Shown: positions 19,063 to 29,392, counted from the stretch's first letter. The stretch is DNA of 64,000 nt from Oxynema aestuarii AP17 (GCF_012295525.1 NZ_CP051167.1:5813299-5877298), one strand, 5' to 3'. Made by a program: numbers and translations. The notes: generated from the sequence alone by a model not told the origin.

Positions 19063-21928
19063 CAGGTTTGTGCACGACCTCTTTCGCCCGCATCGGCGCT
19101 TCTAGTGCTTTGGCAATGCGATCGCGTGCTTCTTCTAAATGAGCCCGAGTTTGCACGTCCAGCCGTTTACCCTCCTTATCCAAACGGCGATCGATCGCCG
19201 CGTGCAGGTCTCGCAATTGGTAGCGCGCCAAAGCCCGGGCATCTTCCGGCGGATCGAGGGTGCGCAAGGCGATTATCAAATCTAAAAAGCTGGTCGCCTC
19301 CATTGCCGCCTCGATATTCGTTCGCAAGGCCATGTGCAGCAGTATATTTAAGTGTTCCCGTTGCAAACCGCGCCGCAACACCGTAATTTCCCGACGCGGA
19401 TCGCGATCGTCGGACAGTTCGCTCCAAATTTGCGCCTGCAAGGTCTCGAACAGTTCTCCCAAGCGCAGACTGTCCCCATTGGGATTGCTCAGTTCCCCGT
19501 CGCGCAAGCGATTGAGCCGATCTGTAGAGAGTAAGTTACTCAGAATTAAGGTTTGGTGTCCCAAGAGGCGATCGAACAAGGGATAGTCCAACCGTTCCCA
19601 GACGATCCAATTGCCCCAATGATCCCAGCGATCCGGCGCCAAACGGGCGATCGTTTCCGGGGAAAAGTTAAAGGCATCTTCCGCAAACACGCGATCGCCG
19701 ATCGCCGCCAGGGCTTCCCGTTGTCGTTCCACGGCGATCGCTTCAAACGGCGGTTTGGCCCCCGGATCTCCCGCATGGTGGCGGTGGAAACGTTGACCGC
19801 CGATATAGCGCGTGAGGTCGTAAGCGTAACCGAAATAGTAATTTAAGACCATGTGGAAGCGATCGCGCAGTTCGCTGTAACTTTCTCCCGGAAGGGGGTA
19901 TCTTCGATCCAATTTGTCCCACACTTGGCGGGCGTTATCCATTTGCCATTGGGAATAGCGCAACGGATCGCCGCTCAAATCCCACAAGTTACTATCGGGA
20001 TAGACTAAATCCATGCTGTCTTCGTCGGTAGCATACTCTAAGCCCGGTTGCGGCGCGCGGCGGGCGATCTCTTGCAGCACGTCCCATTCTAATTCCGGCG
20101 TGGGGGCGTCGATGGGCCGATAGCCGTATTCCACCACCCAGCGATCGTAAGGACCGACGATAACCGGGAAGTAGTCCCCTTGTTCGACCCCTTCCGGGGC
20201 GATATTGACCGCCACGTAGTCCATCACCGAGCCGACCATGCCCTCGTTGCGCGTCAGCAGCACGTTGTTTAAGTCTTCCGGCATACGCCAGGTGCTACCT
20301 TGGAAGTTGTGGCGCAATCCCAACACGTGACCGACCTCGTGAGCGGTCAGCCAGCGCACGAACTGATGCACGTACAGTTCCATTTCGTCCTGATTCGGTA
20401 GCACGTCGTGTAAGGTACTCAGGGCTAAGGCGCCGAAACGGGCTTGGTTGGTCGCGGCGAGGGCGAAGCAAGGACGGCGATCGCCTCGAATTTGTGCCAG
20501 GGCGCGCAGTTGGGAAAGGGACGCCGGGTTGGATTGTTGCAGTTGGGCGGCGATCGGACTCGGGAGCTGGCGATCGACGAAGTGAGAAATTTCTGCCCCC
20601 AGTTCGCAGGTGAGGGGATTGACGAGGGCGCGATCGCCATCGGCCAAGGCCCCGTATTGTTCCCGGATCTGTCGCACGATTCCCCCATCTAAAATGACGT
20701 CGGCGTCCAAGATTTCCCCCGTTAACGGGTTGACCCGCGACGGCCCGATCCCGGCAAACCAGGAGTCGAGGGTATTCGACCAGACGATAACGTTGTATCG
20801 CACGTCTGCCGGATCCCAGTCCGGGCGATCGGGCATTTGTCGCGCCTCGATCGCCCCGATAAATCCCGCTTGCTCGAAAGCGTCATTCCACATTAAAATC
20901 CCCTCGCGGATGGCGTCGCGATAGGGGAGGGGAACCGCGTTGTCTATCCAAAAGACGATCGGCTGTTTTGGCGGCGATAGGGGCGCGCTGGGGTCTTGTT
21001 TTTCTAAGTGCCAGCGATTGATATAGTTGACGAACGGATCCGGTTTGCGCGAATTGGAGAGATTTTGATAAGTCGTGAGAAAATAGCCGAGGCGATCGTC
21101 TGCCAAACGCGGACGATAACCGTTGTTCGTCGGTAAGAGCGATAAACTTGTGCGAATTTTTAATTGAAAGGCGCGCGAGTCGGGAACCGTCGCCGGACCC
21201 AACCAGGACATCGGACCGGAAAAGCCGTAGACCGTCTCGATTTCGGCATTTTCGGGGAAACCTTGGACGCGATCGAGATAGGAGGTTTCGCTATTTAAAG
21301 TATACATATCTCCTAAGCTCCAGGCGATCGCCGTGCTCAAACTGCCCCCCTCTCCCATCAAAAAGGGTTTGAAATCGACTAACAAGCTGTTTCGTTCCGG
21401 ATGAATACTGGTTAGAGGTAAGGTGTAAATCGGCGAATCGCTGAACGAGCGATCGCGCGATCGCCATTGCGGATCTCCCGCTTGGGTACGAAATAAAGTA
21501 TTGGGAACGACGACATCAATTTTATGATTTCTGCGTTTAAATTGAAAGATAAAATCGGAAAGGGGTAAGCCACGATAGAGTCCGAGGGAACCAATTCCCG
21601 AAGAGATTGTCGCGATCGCCAGGAAGTTGCGATCGAGCTGTTCCGGTTGAATTTCTAAATAGATCTCTTCTTTTTCTACATTTCGATAAAAGGTTAATAA
21701 GCCTTCAATCTTTTCTAAGTCCTTCGTCACTTCATCGAACGGCTTTAAGGGGGATTCGTCCTCGGATTCTTCTTCCGTTTCCGAGGACGAAGATTCCGTA
21801 TTTTCAGCCAGTTCTATCGGAACCTCAAAGCGCGGCGATTTCCCTTCGCGGAAGATGCGGGCGCTAGCAGACACACCCACTTCTAACCATAAGTAGATTC
21901 CCGCGATCGCCAAAGACAAAACTTTCAT
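19055..21928 (-). CDS. large secreted zinc metalloprotease (metzincin HExxHxxGxxH motif; DUF4953/DUF5117-like)
   Basis: ATG start with signal peptide MKVLSLAIAGIYLWLEVGVSASA. The HEVGHVLGLRHNF motif is present. The protein is 957 aa. Its 3' end overlaps the dhaM 3' end by 8 bp, and the two genes converge. Confidence 0.8.
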   Translation of the reverse strand: MKVLSLAIAGIYLWLEVGVSASARIFREGKSPRFEVPIELAENTESSSSETEEESEDESPLKPFDEVTKDLEKIEGLLTFYRNVEKEEIYLEIQPEQLDRNFLAIATISSGIGSLGLYRGLPLSDFIFQFKRRNHKIDVVVPNTLFRTQAGDPQWRSRDRSFSDSPIYTLPLTSIHPERNSLLVDFKPFLMGEGGSLSTAIAWSLGDMYTLNSETSYLDRVQGFPENAEIETVYGFSGPMSWLGPATVPDSRAFQLKIRTSLSLLPTNNGYRPRLADDRLGYFLTTYQNLSNSRKPDPFVNYINRWHLEKQDPSAPLSPPKQPIVFWIDNAVPLPYRDAIREGILMWNDAFEQAGFIGAIEARQMPDRPDWDPADVRYNVIVWSNTLDSWFAGIGPSRVNPLTGEILDADVILDGGIVRQIREQYGALADGDRALVNPLTCELGAEISHFVDRQLPSPIAAQLQQSNPASLSQLRALAQIRGDRRPCFALAATNQARFGALALSTLHDVLPNQDEMELYVHQFVRWLTAHEVGHVLGLRHNFQGSTWRMPEDLNNVLLTRNEGMVGSVMDYVAVNIAPEGVEQGDYFPVIVGPYDRWVVEYGYRPIDAPTPELEWDVLQEIARRAPQPGLEYATDEDSMDLVYPDSNLWDLSGDPLRYSQWQMDNARQVWDKLDRRYPLPGESYSELRDRFHMVLNYYFGYAYDLTRYIGGQRFHRHHAGDPGAKPPFEAIAVERQREALAAIGDRVFAEDAFNFSPETIARLAPDRWDHWGNWIVWERLDYPLFDRLLGHQTLILSNLLSTDRLNRLRDGELSNPNGDSLRLGELFETLQAQIWSELSDDRDPRREITVLRRGLQREHLNILLHMALRTNIEAAMEATSFLDLIIALRTLDPPEDARALARYQLRDLHAAIDRRLDKEGKRLDVQTRAHLEEARDRIAKALEAPMRAKEVVHKPAN

Positions 21929-22433
21929 TGTTTACAACCCCTTTTGCTGCTTTTTATCCCCTTCTTTACCCGGGATCGTCCTTATTTATCTGGAGTTTTA
22001 CTCATCTAGGTCAATTGTAGTCGTTGCGATCGTCATGACACGCAAAATTTTAGCAATTATTAACAGGACGTAGATCTCGCCCGCTTAAGTGCGATCGTAC
22101 TTCAGTTGTTAACGAAAATGCCTCCGACCGTCTCACTCAGCAAAATCTCAGGATTTTCTCAGATGAATTTTAGCTTAAAATTATTCTTTTTTAAGCTTTG
22201 AGCGTTAACTTGATATTTAGAGTAAAGTCAAACCGAACAATTCGGACTGAACTTAACTGAAGATAACGGCGATACCAGCTTTGAATCAGCGATTCCGGTA
22301 ACCTGTGGTATAGTTCGCCACCGAAAGATTATTGGAGCTTTCGTGGAGACAGACCACAATCAACGCCTCGATCTTGATAAAAAGTTAGGTTTGATTTTTT
22401 CCTCGTGCAATTCCTTTAATTGGTCTAACTTAC

Positions 22434-22458
22434 AGCTCGCTGCGGCGAGCTTTTTTAT
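22434..22458 (+). terminator. rho-independent terminator (agctcgc-tgcg-gcgagct + T6) ending an unannotated plus-strand transcript
   Basis: A perfect 7-bp GC stem with a 4-nt loop is followed by tttttt. No annotated plus-strand CDS lies upstream within 500 bp. Confidence 0.5.
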
Positions 22459-22548
22459 AGCCGACAATTGCGCGATCGCCCCCGTTGCCCTACCCTAAAA
22501 GTAGACCCGCGATCGTCGTCTACTATCCTTGTCTATCATCGTCTATTC

Positions 22549-23559
22549 ATGACCTCCAGCATCTGTCTAACTCGCCTAAATTATCTGGACTATCTCGAAA
22601 CAGAATTAACCCTTCCTCCTCCTGGCGACTCTCAACCTTTAGTTATCGACTTATTCGCCGGATGTGGCGGATTTGCCCTCGGATTTGAAGCTGCCGGATT
22701 TCAAACCATCGGTTACGAACAATCTGCCCAAGCCTGTCAAAGTTACCGTCAGAATTTAAACCGTCCTTGCCATCAAATGACACTGACTCCCGAAACTGAA
22801 TTAAAATCGGGAGCAACTGTCATTATCGGCGGTCCCCCCTGTCAACCATTTAGTGTAAGCGGACATCAAAAAGGACTCAAAGATAGCCGCGACGGCTTCC
22901 CCATTTTTCTCAATGCCGTTCGGCGCGATCGCCCAAACATTGCGATTTTTGAAAATGTTAGAGGAATGCTTTATCGCAATAAAACTTACTTTCAAGAAAT
23001 CGTAGAAACTCTCAAACAATTAGATTATCAAGTCGAATATCAAGTCTTAACCGCCAGCGATTACGGCGTTCCCCAACGCCGCCAAAGACTTTTTTGCATT
23101 GCACATAGAGGCGGTTGGCAATGGCCGACAAAAAGCCACGATCGCCATCCTTATACGGCTGGCGAAGCCTTGGTAAACTTAACGTTAACTATTCCTAAAA
23201 ATGCTAAATTTCTTACCTGCAGCATGGACCGATATATCGAAAAATACGAACGCGCCTCGAACTGCGTCCGACCCCGCGATCTTCATTTAGATCGTCCCGC
23301 GCGAACGGTCACCTGTCGCAACCTCGGCGGCGCCACGGGAGACATGCTCAGAATTCGTTTACCTGACGGACGACGCCGCCGCCTCACCGTTCGCGAAGGT
23401 GCACGCCTGCAAAGTTTCCCCGATTGGTTTACGTTCAAAGGTTCTGAGGAAAATCAATACAATCAAATTGGCAATGCCGTCCCGCCGTTATTCGCCAAAA
23501 AATTAGCAACCGAAGTTAAGAATTACTTAAATCTTTGTTTTTACAAGAGTCTTGCATGA
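22549..23559 (+). CDS. solitary DNA (cytosine-5)-methyltransferase
   Basis: Motif I is DLFAGCGGF. Motif IV is GGPPCQPFS. Motif VI is ENVRGM. Motif VIII is QRRQRLF. ATG at 22549 (the annotated TTG is at 22468). No restriction endonuclease gene is adjacent. GC is lower than in the flanking genes. Confidence 0.85.
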   Translation: MTSSICLTRLNYLDYLETELTLPPPGDSQPLVIDLFAGCGGFALGFEAAGFQTIGYEQSAQACQSYRQNLNRPCHQMTLTPETELKSGATVIIGGPPCQPFSVSGHQKGLKDSRDGFPIFLNAVRRDRPNIAIFENVRGMLYRNKTYFQEIVETLKQLDYQVEYQVLTASDYGVPQRRQRLFCIAHRGGWQWPTKSHDRHPYTAGEALVNLTLTIPKNAKFLTCSMDRYIEKYERASNCVRPRDLHLDRPARTVTCRNLGGATGDMLRIRLPDGRRRRLTVREGARLQSFPDWFTFKGSEENQYNQIGNAVPPLFAKKLATEVKNYLNLCFYKSLA

Positions 23560-23713
23560 AAGATTTTTTTATTTTATCGCTCTTTCATCAAAAATATTGC
23601 CTGGTTCGATCGAGCATTTAAGTTTCTAGGCAATTCAATCAAAATTTGCTATATTAAAAAGTCAATAAGATTCTCCAAATAAAACACCGATTGTTTCACT
23701 GAATCCCAGAAAT

Positions 23714-24781
23714 ATGAAAAAGCTGATTAACAACCCGGATGACTTCGTGCGTGAGAGCTTGGAAGGGATGGCACTGGCTCACCGCGACCTGATTCGCGTT
23801 CGTTTCGAGCCACACTTTGTTTACCGTGCCGATGCTCCAGTGCGGGGTAAAGTCGCGCTGGTCTCTGGTGGGGGAAGCGGACACGAACCGATGCACGCCG
23901 GATTTGTCGGTCCGGGAATGCTCGATGCGGCGTGTCCGGGGGAAGTGTTTACCTCGCCGACGCCAGACCAGATGCTAGAAGCGGCCAAAATGGTCAATGG
24001 TGGCGCTGGAGTGCTAAATATCGTTAAAAACTATAGCGGCGACGTGATGAATTTCGAGATGGCTGCGGAATTGGCGATCGCCGAAAATATACCCGTTCTC
24101 AATCTCCTCATCGATGACGATGTAGCGGTGAAAGATTCCCTCTATACCCAAGGACGGCGCGGGGTGGGAACGACGGTGTTAGCGGAAAAGATTTGCGGTG
24201 CGGCAGCCGATCGCGGCTACAATCTCTCACAATTGGCTGATTTGTGCCGTAAAGTCAATCTCAACGGACGCAGCATGGGCGTCGCTCTCACTTCGTGTAC
24301 AGTTCCCGCGAAAGGCTCCCCGACGTTCCAACTCGGCGAGGAAGAAATGGAACTGGGGATCGGGATTCATGGAGAACCGGGACGGGAACGAATGGCGCTC
24401 AAATCCGCCGATGAAATTACCGAATTACTGACCGTTTCTATTCTCGAAGATCGTAATTATCGGCGTACCGTTCGCGAATGGGATCTCGATCGCGGAGAAT
24501 GGAGCGAAATTCAATTAACCGATCCGCCGTTAGAAAAGGGCGATCGCGCGATCGCCTTCGTCAACAGTATGGGAGGTACGCCGCTATCGGAATTATACGT
24601 CATTTATCGCAAGCTCGCCGCAATTTGCGAAGCCAAAGGAATCGCGATCGTTCGCAATTTGATCGGTCCTTATATTACCTCTTTGGACATGCAAGGATGC
24701 TCGATTACTTTGCTGAAAGTCGATGAAGAAATGGTCGATCTTTGGGATGCTCCCGTCAAAACGGCGGGATTGAATTGGTAA
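23714..24781 (+). CDS. dhaK: dihydroxyacetone kinase, DhaK (Dha-binding) subunit
   Basis: The sequence [33 protein letters not shown] is the Dak1 signature. ATG start. Confidence 0.9.
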   Translation: MKKLINNPDDFVRESLEGMALAHRDLIRVRFEPHFVYRADAPVRGKVALVSGGGSGHEPMHAGFVGPGMLDAACPGEVFTSPTPDQMLEAAKMVNGGAGVLNIVKNYSGDVMNFEMAAELAIAENIPVLNLLIDDDVAVKDSLYTQGRRGVGTTVLAEKICGAAADRGYNLSQLADLCRKVNLNGRSMGVALTSCTVPAKGSPTFQLGEEEMELGIGIHGEPGRERMALKSADEITELLTVSILEDRNYRRTVREWDLDRGEWSEIQLTDPPLEKGDRAIAFVNSMGGTPLSELYVIYRKLAAICEAKGIAIVRNLIGPYITSLDMQGCSITLLKVDEEMVDLWDAPVKTAGLNW

Positions 24782-24860
24782 ACCCCGCAATCGCCCTTTG
24801 AACGATCGTGAATTTTGCAGCAACACATTATCAATCTTACTCATAAATCTATACTAGAAG

Positions 24861-25517
24861 ATGGAAGAAAAAGTTAGTCAAACTCAAATTGTTGATTGGT
24901 TTGAAAAAATTGCCGAAACAATCGAAGAAAACAAAGACTATTTAACCGAACTGGATGCGGCGATCGGAGATGCAGACCACGGCATCAATATGGATCGCGG
25001 TTTTAAAAAGGCGATCGCCCAACTTCTTCAAAATCGGAATAGTGACATTGGCACTCTCTTAAAAACCATCGCCATGACCCTCATTTCTTCCGTCGGTGGA
25101 GCGAGTGGCCCGTTGTACGGTACCTTGTTTTTACGAGCTAGTAGTGCAGTGGCAGGAAAACAAGACCTAACCGCTCAAGATTTAGCCAACTTACTACAAG
25201 CGGGAAAAGACGGCGTCATTCAACGAGGAAAAGCCAATCTCGGCGATAAAACGATGCTCGATGCCTTGTCTCCAGCCGTGGAAACTTACACGACGGCGAT
25301 CGATCAAAATCGCAGTCTCGTAGATGCCTTACGCGAAGCCGTTTTAGCTACAGAAGAAGGGATGAAAAATACGATTCCGCTCGTGGCTAAAAAAGGACGA
25401 GCCAGTTATCTTGGCGAAAGAAGTGCGGGACATCAAGACCCCGGTGCGACTTCTACTTATTTAATTTTACGTTGTTTGCTTGAGGTATTAGAAAAGGAGC
25501 GATCGAAAAATGTATAG
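24861..25517 (+). CDS. dhaL: dihydroxyacetone kinase, DhaL (ADP-binding) subunit
   Basis: The Dak2 motif AIGDADHGINMDRGF is present. The size and position fit, immediately after dhaK. Confidence 0.9.
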   Translation: MEEKVSQTQIVDWFEKIAETIEENKDYLTELDAAIGDADHGINMDRGFKKAIAQLLQNRNSDIGTLLKTIAMTLISSVGGASGPLYGTLFLRASSAVAGKQDLTAQDLANLLQAGKDGVIQRGKANLGDKTMLDALSPAVETYTTAIDQNRSLVDALREAVLATEEGMKNTIPLVAKKGRASYLGERSAGHQDPGATSTYLILRCLLEVLEKERSKNV

Positions 25518-25600
25518 AAATTCAAAATTGCGATAAGTACGACAATCAGCTAAAAATAAAGGTCAGAATTCTTTAAATCTTATTCATCTTTTCGATCCTC

Positions 25601-26638
25601 ATGCCCGTTTTGTCCCCCGAACTGCAACAACGCCTCTCGACTCCCTTAAAAATTGGTTCCGTTGAAGTCACCAGTCGCGTCCTGCAATCACCTCTTTCCG
25701 GTGTCACCGACCTGGTATTCCGGCGCCTGGTGCGTCGCTACGCCCCGGAATCGATGCTCTACACCGAAATGGTTCACGCAAGCGGCTTGAAATACGCCCG
25801 GGAGTTGCCGAAAATCATGGAAGTCGATCCCCGAGAACGCCCCATCAGCGTGCAGTTGTTCGACTGTCGCCCCCAGTTTTTAGCGGAGGCGGCGGTGATG
25901 GCGGTGGCGGAGGGCGCCGATACGATCGATATCAATATGGGCTGTCCGGTGAATAAAATCACTAAAAATGGCGGCGGTTCGTCCCTGTTGCGAGACCCGG
26001 ACACGGCGGCGGCGATCGTGCGGGAGGTCTCCCAAGCCGTTTCTGTCCCGGTCACGGTGAAAACCCGGATTGGTTGGTCCGACGACGAGATTAATATTCT
26101 CGATTTTGCCCGCCGTTTGGAAGATGCGGGGGCCCGAATGCTGACCCTGCACGGTCGCACTCGCGCTCAAGGGTATAACGGTCAGGCAAATTGGGAGTGG
26201 ATTGCTAAAGTGAAGGAGATCCTCTCGATTCCCGTGATTGCCAACGGCGATATTTTTTCTGTAGAGGCGGCGGTACGCTGCTTGCAGTTGACCGGGGCCG
26301 ATGGGGTGATGTGTTCGCGGGCGACGTTGGGTTATCCGTTTTTGGTCGGGGAAATCGACTATTTTTTAAAAACAGGTCGCGAACGTCCCGCACCGACATC
26401 GATCGAACGGCTGCAATGTGCGAAAGAGCATTTAATCGCACTAGGGGAGTATAAAGGTAAGCGCGGCGTGTACCAAGCGCGCAAGCACATGACCTGGTAT
26501 TGCAAGGGCTTTCCCCATTCGGGCCCGTTGCGCGATCGCCTCGCCCGGATTGATAGTGTAGAGGAAGGGTGCGCCCTCCTCGACGGCGCGATCGCCCAGT
26601 TGCAAGAACGAGGGAGAACGGGGGCGATCGCCAGTTAA
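25601..26638 (+). CDS. tRNA-dihydrouridine synthase
   Basis: Dus family motifs are present: SPLSGVTDLVFRRL..., DINMGCPVNKITKNGGGSSLL, and the flavin-binding TIM barrel. Confidence 0.85.
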   Translation: MPVLSPELQQRLSTPLKIGSVEVTSRVLQSPLSGVTDLVFRRLVRRYAPESMLYTEMVHASGLKYARELPKIMEVDPRERPISVQLFDCRPQFLAEAAVMAVAEGADTIDINMGCPVNKITKNGGGSSLLRDPDTAAAIVREVSQAVSVPVTVKTRIGWSDDEINILDFARRLEDAGARMLTLHGRTRAQGYNGQANWEWIAKVKEILSIPVIANGDIFSVEAAVRCLQLTGADGVMCSRATLGYPFLVGEIDYFLKTGRERPAPTSIERLQCAKEHLIALGEYKGKRGVYQARKHMTWYCKGFPHSGPLRDRLARIDSVEEGCALLDGAIAQLQERGRTGAIAS

Positions 26639-26654
26639 GGGAATGACCCGTGGC

Positions 26655-26680
26655 GCGGGCATCTTGCCCGCTTCTAGAGC
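26655..26680 (+). terminator. weak putative terminator hairpin after the dus gene (gcgggca-tct-tgcccgc)
   Basis: A perfect 7-bp stem. The T-tract after it is poor. Confidence 0.3.
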
Positions 26681-26789
26681 ATAACTGCCAATCTAAAATC
26701 TAACATTTAAAATCTCTTGCGAGTCACCTTAATTCATTTATTCGTCTATTTTTTCATTAATTTGTTCATCTTCAACCATCGCGAAGTTC

Positions 26790-27278
26790 ATGAGTGAATC
26801 CGAACGATCGACCGATGCCATCATTGCTCGAACCTCAAATCAACAAACCTCAAATAAAAAAGATGCCGGATTGGCTTCTTTAGTACTTACCCTAGTCGAA
26901 CTGATTCGGCAGTTGATGGAAGCTCAAATTATCCGCAGAATGGATGAAGATTTACTCACCGAAGAAGAACTCGATCGCGCGGGAACGAGCTTGCAAAAAC
27001 TCGAAGAGCAAATTCTCAATCTCTGTGAAATTTTTGAAATCGACCCCCAAGATTTAAACTTGGACTTGAACGAATTGGGAACATTGTTGCCGAAAGAAGG
27101 AGGCTATTATCCCGGACAAAAAAGCGAGAGTCCTTCTATTTTAGAAGTTTTAGACCGCTTACTGTATAAAGGAGTTGTCCTCGAAGGAAGTGTCGATCTC
27201 GGTTTGGCCGATTTAGACTTAATCCAGGCAAAATTACGCCTCGTCCTCACCTCGCGATCGCTGTCGGGTCACTCCTAA
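26790..27278 (+). CDS. gvpK: gas vesicle protein K-like protein
   Basis: The pattern GLASLVLTLVELIRQLMEAQIIRRM...SLQKLEEQILNLCEIFEIDPQDLN...LEVLDRLLYKGVVLEGSVDLGLADLDLIQAKLRLVLTS matches my recollection of cyanobacterial GvpK. No other gvp genes occur in the window. Confidence 0.55.
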   Translation: MSESERSTDAIIARTSNQQTSNKKDAGLASLVLTLVELIRQLMEAQIIRRMDEDLLTEEELDRAGTSLQKLEEQILNLCEIFEIDPQDLNLDLNELGTLLPKEGGYYPGQKSESPSILEVLDRLLYKGVVLEGSVDLGLADLDLIQAKLRLVLTSRSLSGHS

Positions 27279-27287
27279 ACACGGGGC

Positions 27288-27719
27288 TTAATCTCCTGTA
27301 ACGCCGTAGTCTACCTCATAAAATGGTTCGTCAGATTCCAAACAATTTCTGAGAATTTCGGGTTCCGATTCTGAGATTTCATAATCCGCTTTGTAGGAGA
27401 TTAAATCATCCGGCATTCCGAATAATAAGGTTTCCGAATCTGGCTGACTGACGACAATTCCTTGAAAACCATTGACGCGATAAAACCCTTCTCGGGTCGA
27501 ATCCGGTTCGAGGGAAGCTACTGCGGAACCATTGGAGGAAGACCCCATGTAACAGGCGCGATCGCCGCGAACGGTAATTTGGATATAACGAGAACCGCCA
27601 CCCCAATACAACCCATCTTGTAATGGAATCGTTCCTAACGATTTAGGGATGAATGTAAGCGTACCGAGTAGGGTCATTGCGAACGTCGAACCCATACGCC
27701 AGAAGCGATCGCCTTTCAT
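27288..27719 (-). CDS. hypothetical protein
   Basis: An ORF of 143 aa with a moderately hydrophobic N-terminus. No domain recognised. Confidence 0.4.
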   Translation of the reverse strand: MKGDRFWRMGSTFAMTLLGTLTFIPKSLGTIPLQDGLYWGGGSRYIQITVRGDRACYMGSSSNGSAVASLEPDSTREGFYRVNGFQGIVVSQPDSETLLFGMPDDLISYKADYEISESEPEILRNCLESDEPFYEVDYGVTGD

Positions 27720-27797
27720 CGTCGAAACTCCTTAGATGAACTCAAATGAACTCAAGAAAATGAACTCAAAACGATCGATCGAGAACCGATCGCCCCT

Positions 27798-29315
27798 TTA
27801 GAAATCAAAGTAGATATATGGCAAACTTCCTTCGGGGGCAAACAACCAAACCACGTACAAACAGACTGGAACTAAAGCCATTTTGAGCGGCCAATTAATT
27901 TGCAAGCGCAAACCACGTTCGATAAAATAACTTAAGAACATCAACAGCCACAAACTGCCGAGAACTAACGCCAATTCGAGGCGATCGATTCCCAAAGTTT
28001 CCAGATACACTTTTTCGCTAAATTGTACGTCTGGTGCATGACCCCATAAGTGGGAAATTGCCCACCCCGAATCTTTCAGTTGGGGAAGACGGAAGAAAAT
28101 CCAAGAGAAAAACACCATCAATTGGGTTGAGAACCAGGCGACGACGATTCCAGGGATAGTTTTCCACCATTTAGCGAGCGCCCCAACCTGTTTTGATAGG
28201 GATTCACTCAAGCGATGTACTACCAAAGCTGCCCCATGCAATCCCCCCCAAACGATAAAGCCCCAGGCGGCGCCGTGCCAAATTCCGGCGACTAACATTA
28301 CGATCGCCAAATTCACACAAGTGCGTGCCAAACTGACCCGAGAACCGCCGAGAGGGAAATACAAATAATTGCGTAACCAGTCTCCTAAAGACATGTGCCA
28401 GCGACGCCAAAAATCGGCAATACTGGTACTTAAATAAGGAAAATTAAAATTAGGAGGCAAGTTAAACCCGAGAAGCATGGCACTGCCTCGGGCAATATCG
28501 ACATAACCGCTAAAATCTAAATAAAGTTGCAAACCGTAGGCGATCGTTGCCAACCATAAATCCTCGCTTCCGGCGCGTTGTAAGTTTTGAAAACTTAAAT
28601 CGACATAAATCCCGAGGCGATCGGCGATTAAGCCTTTTTTAACCGCCCCACAAGCTATCCACCACAACCCCTCAACCCATTGATGTGCTTGGGGAAAAAT
28701 TAAGGTTTTCAGTTGCTTGGAAAATTGATGATAGCGGGTAATCGGGCCGGAAATCAGTTTGGGGAAAAATAACTTATAAGTGGTGAATTGTAATAACTTT
28801 TGGCTGGCGGGCGCGCCCCGATATACGTCAACGAGATAAGCAATACATTCAAAGCTAAAAAAGCTCAACCCCAAGGGGGCGGCAATATTGGAATCGACCC
28901 AGGTAGCGACTTCTCCCGCTTGTTGGATACCGAAGAGATCGCGGACGATCGTTAAGAGAAAGGGAATGTATTTAAAACTGAGTAATAAGAAGACATTAAA
29001 GAGAATCCCGATCGCCAATAACAGCGATCGCCGTCGGTTCCAATGAGTTTGAGCAAAATACTCTTGTTCCGTTGAAATTTTGACAGGCCCGATGTGAATG
29101 GGAGTAGGAGTATTTTGGGCGATCGCCAATCCCAAGCGATAGTTAATCCAAATGCCGATTAAAAGTAAAGGAATATATTGAACTTGTAAAGACGCATAGA
29201 AAATCAAACTCGCCAGAGAAAGCAGTAACAAGCGCGATCGTTGTTTGTTCGCCGTCCAATAAATCGCCAAAAGGCTCGATAAAAATAGGGCGTAAACGAT
29301 GGAGATGAAAGTCAT
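27798..29315 (-). CDS. MBOAT-family membrane-bound O-acyltransferase (AlgI/DltB-like)
   Basis: Multiple TM helices. The MBOAT signature FWRRWHMSLGDWLRNYLYFPLGG is present with the catalytic His. Confidence 0.85.
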   Translation of the reverse strand: MTFISIVYALFLSSLLAIYWTANKQRSRLLLLSLASLIFYASLQVQYIPLLLIGIWINYRLGLAIAQNTPTPIHIGPVKISTEQEYFAQTHWNRRRSLLLAIGILFNVFLLLSFKYIPFLLTIVRDLFGIQQAGEVATWVDSNIAAPLGLSFFSFECIAYLVDVYRGAPASQKLLQFTTYKLFFPKLISGPITRYHQFSKQLKTLIFPQAHQWVEGLWWIACGAVKKGLIADRLGIYVDLSFQNLQRAGSEDLWLATIAYGLQLYLDFSGYVDIARGSAMLLGFNLPPNFNFPYLSTSIADFWRRWHMSLGDWLRNYLYFPLGGSRVSLARTCVNLAIVMLVAGIWHGAAWGFIVWGGLHGAALVVHRLSESLSKQVGALAKWWKTIPGIVVAWFSTQLMVFFSWIFFRLPQLKDSGWAISHLWGHAPDVQFSEKVYLETLGIDRLELALVLGSLWLLMFLSYFIERGLRLQINWPLKMALVPVCLYVVWLFAPEGSLPYIYFDF

Positions 29316-29392
29316 CTGATGTTAGATTTTAGATTTTAGAGTTTAGATTTTACAGCACTCGGGCGTCTGATAAAGTACAGTGCCGATCGCGC

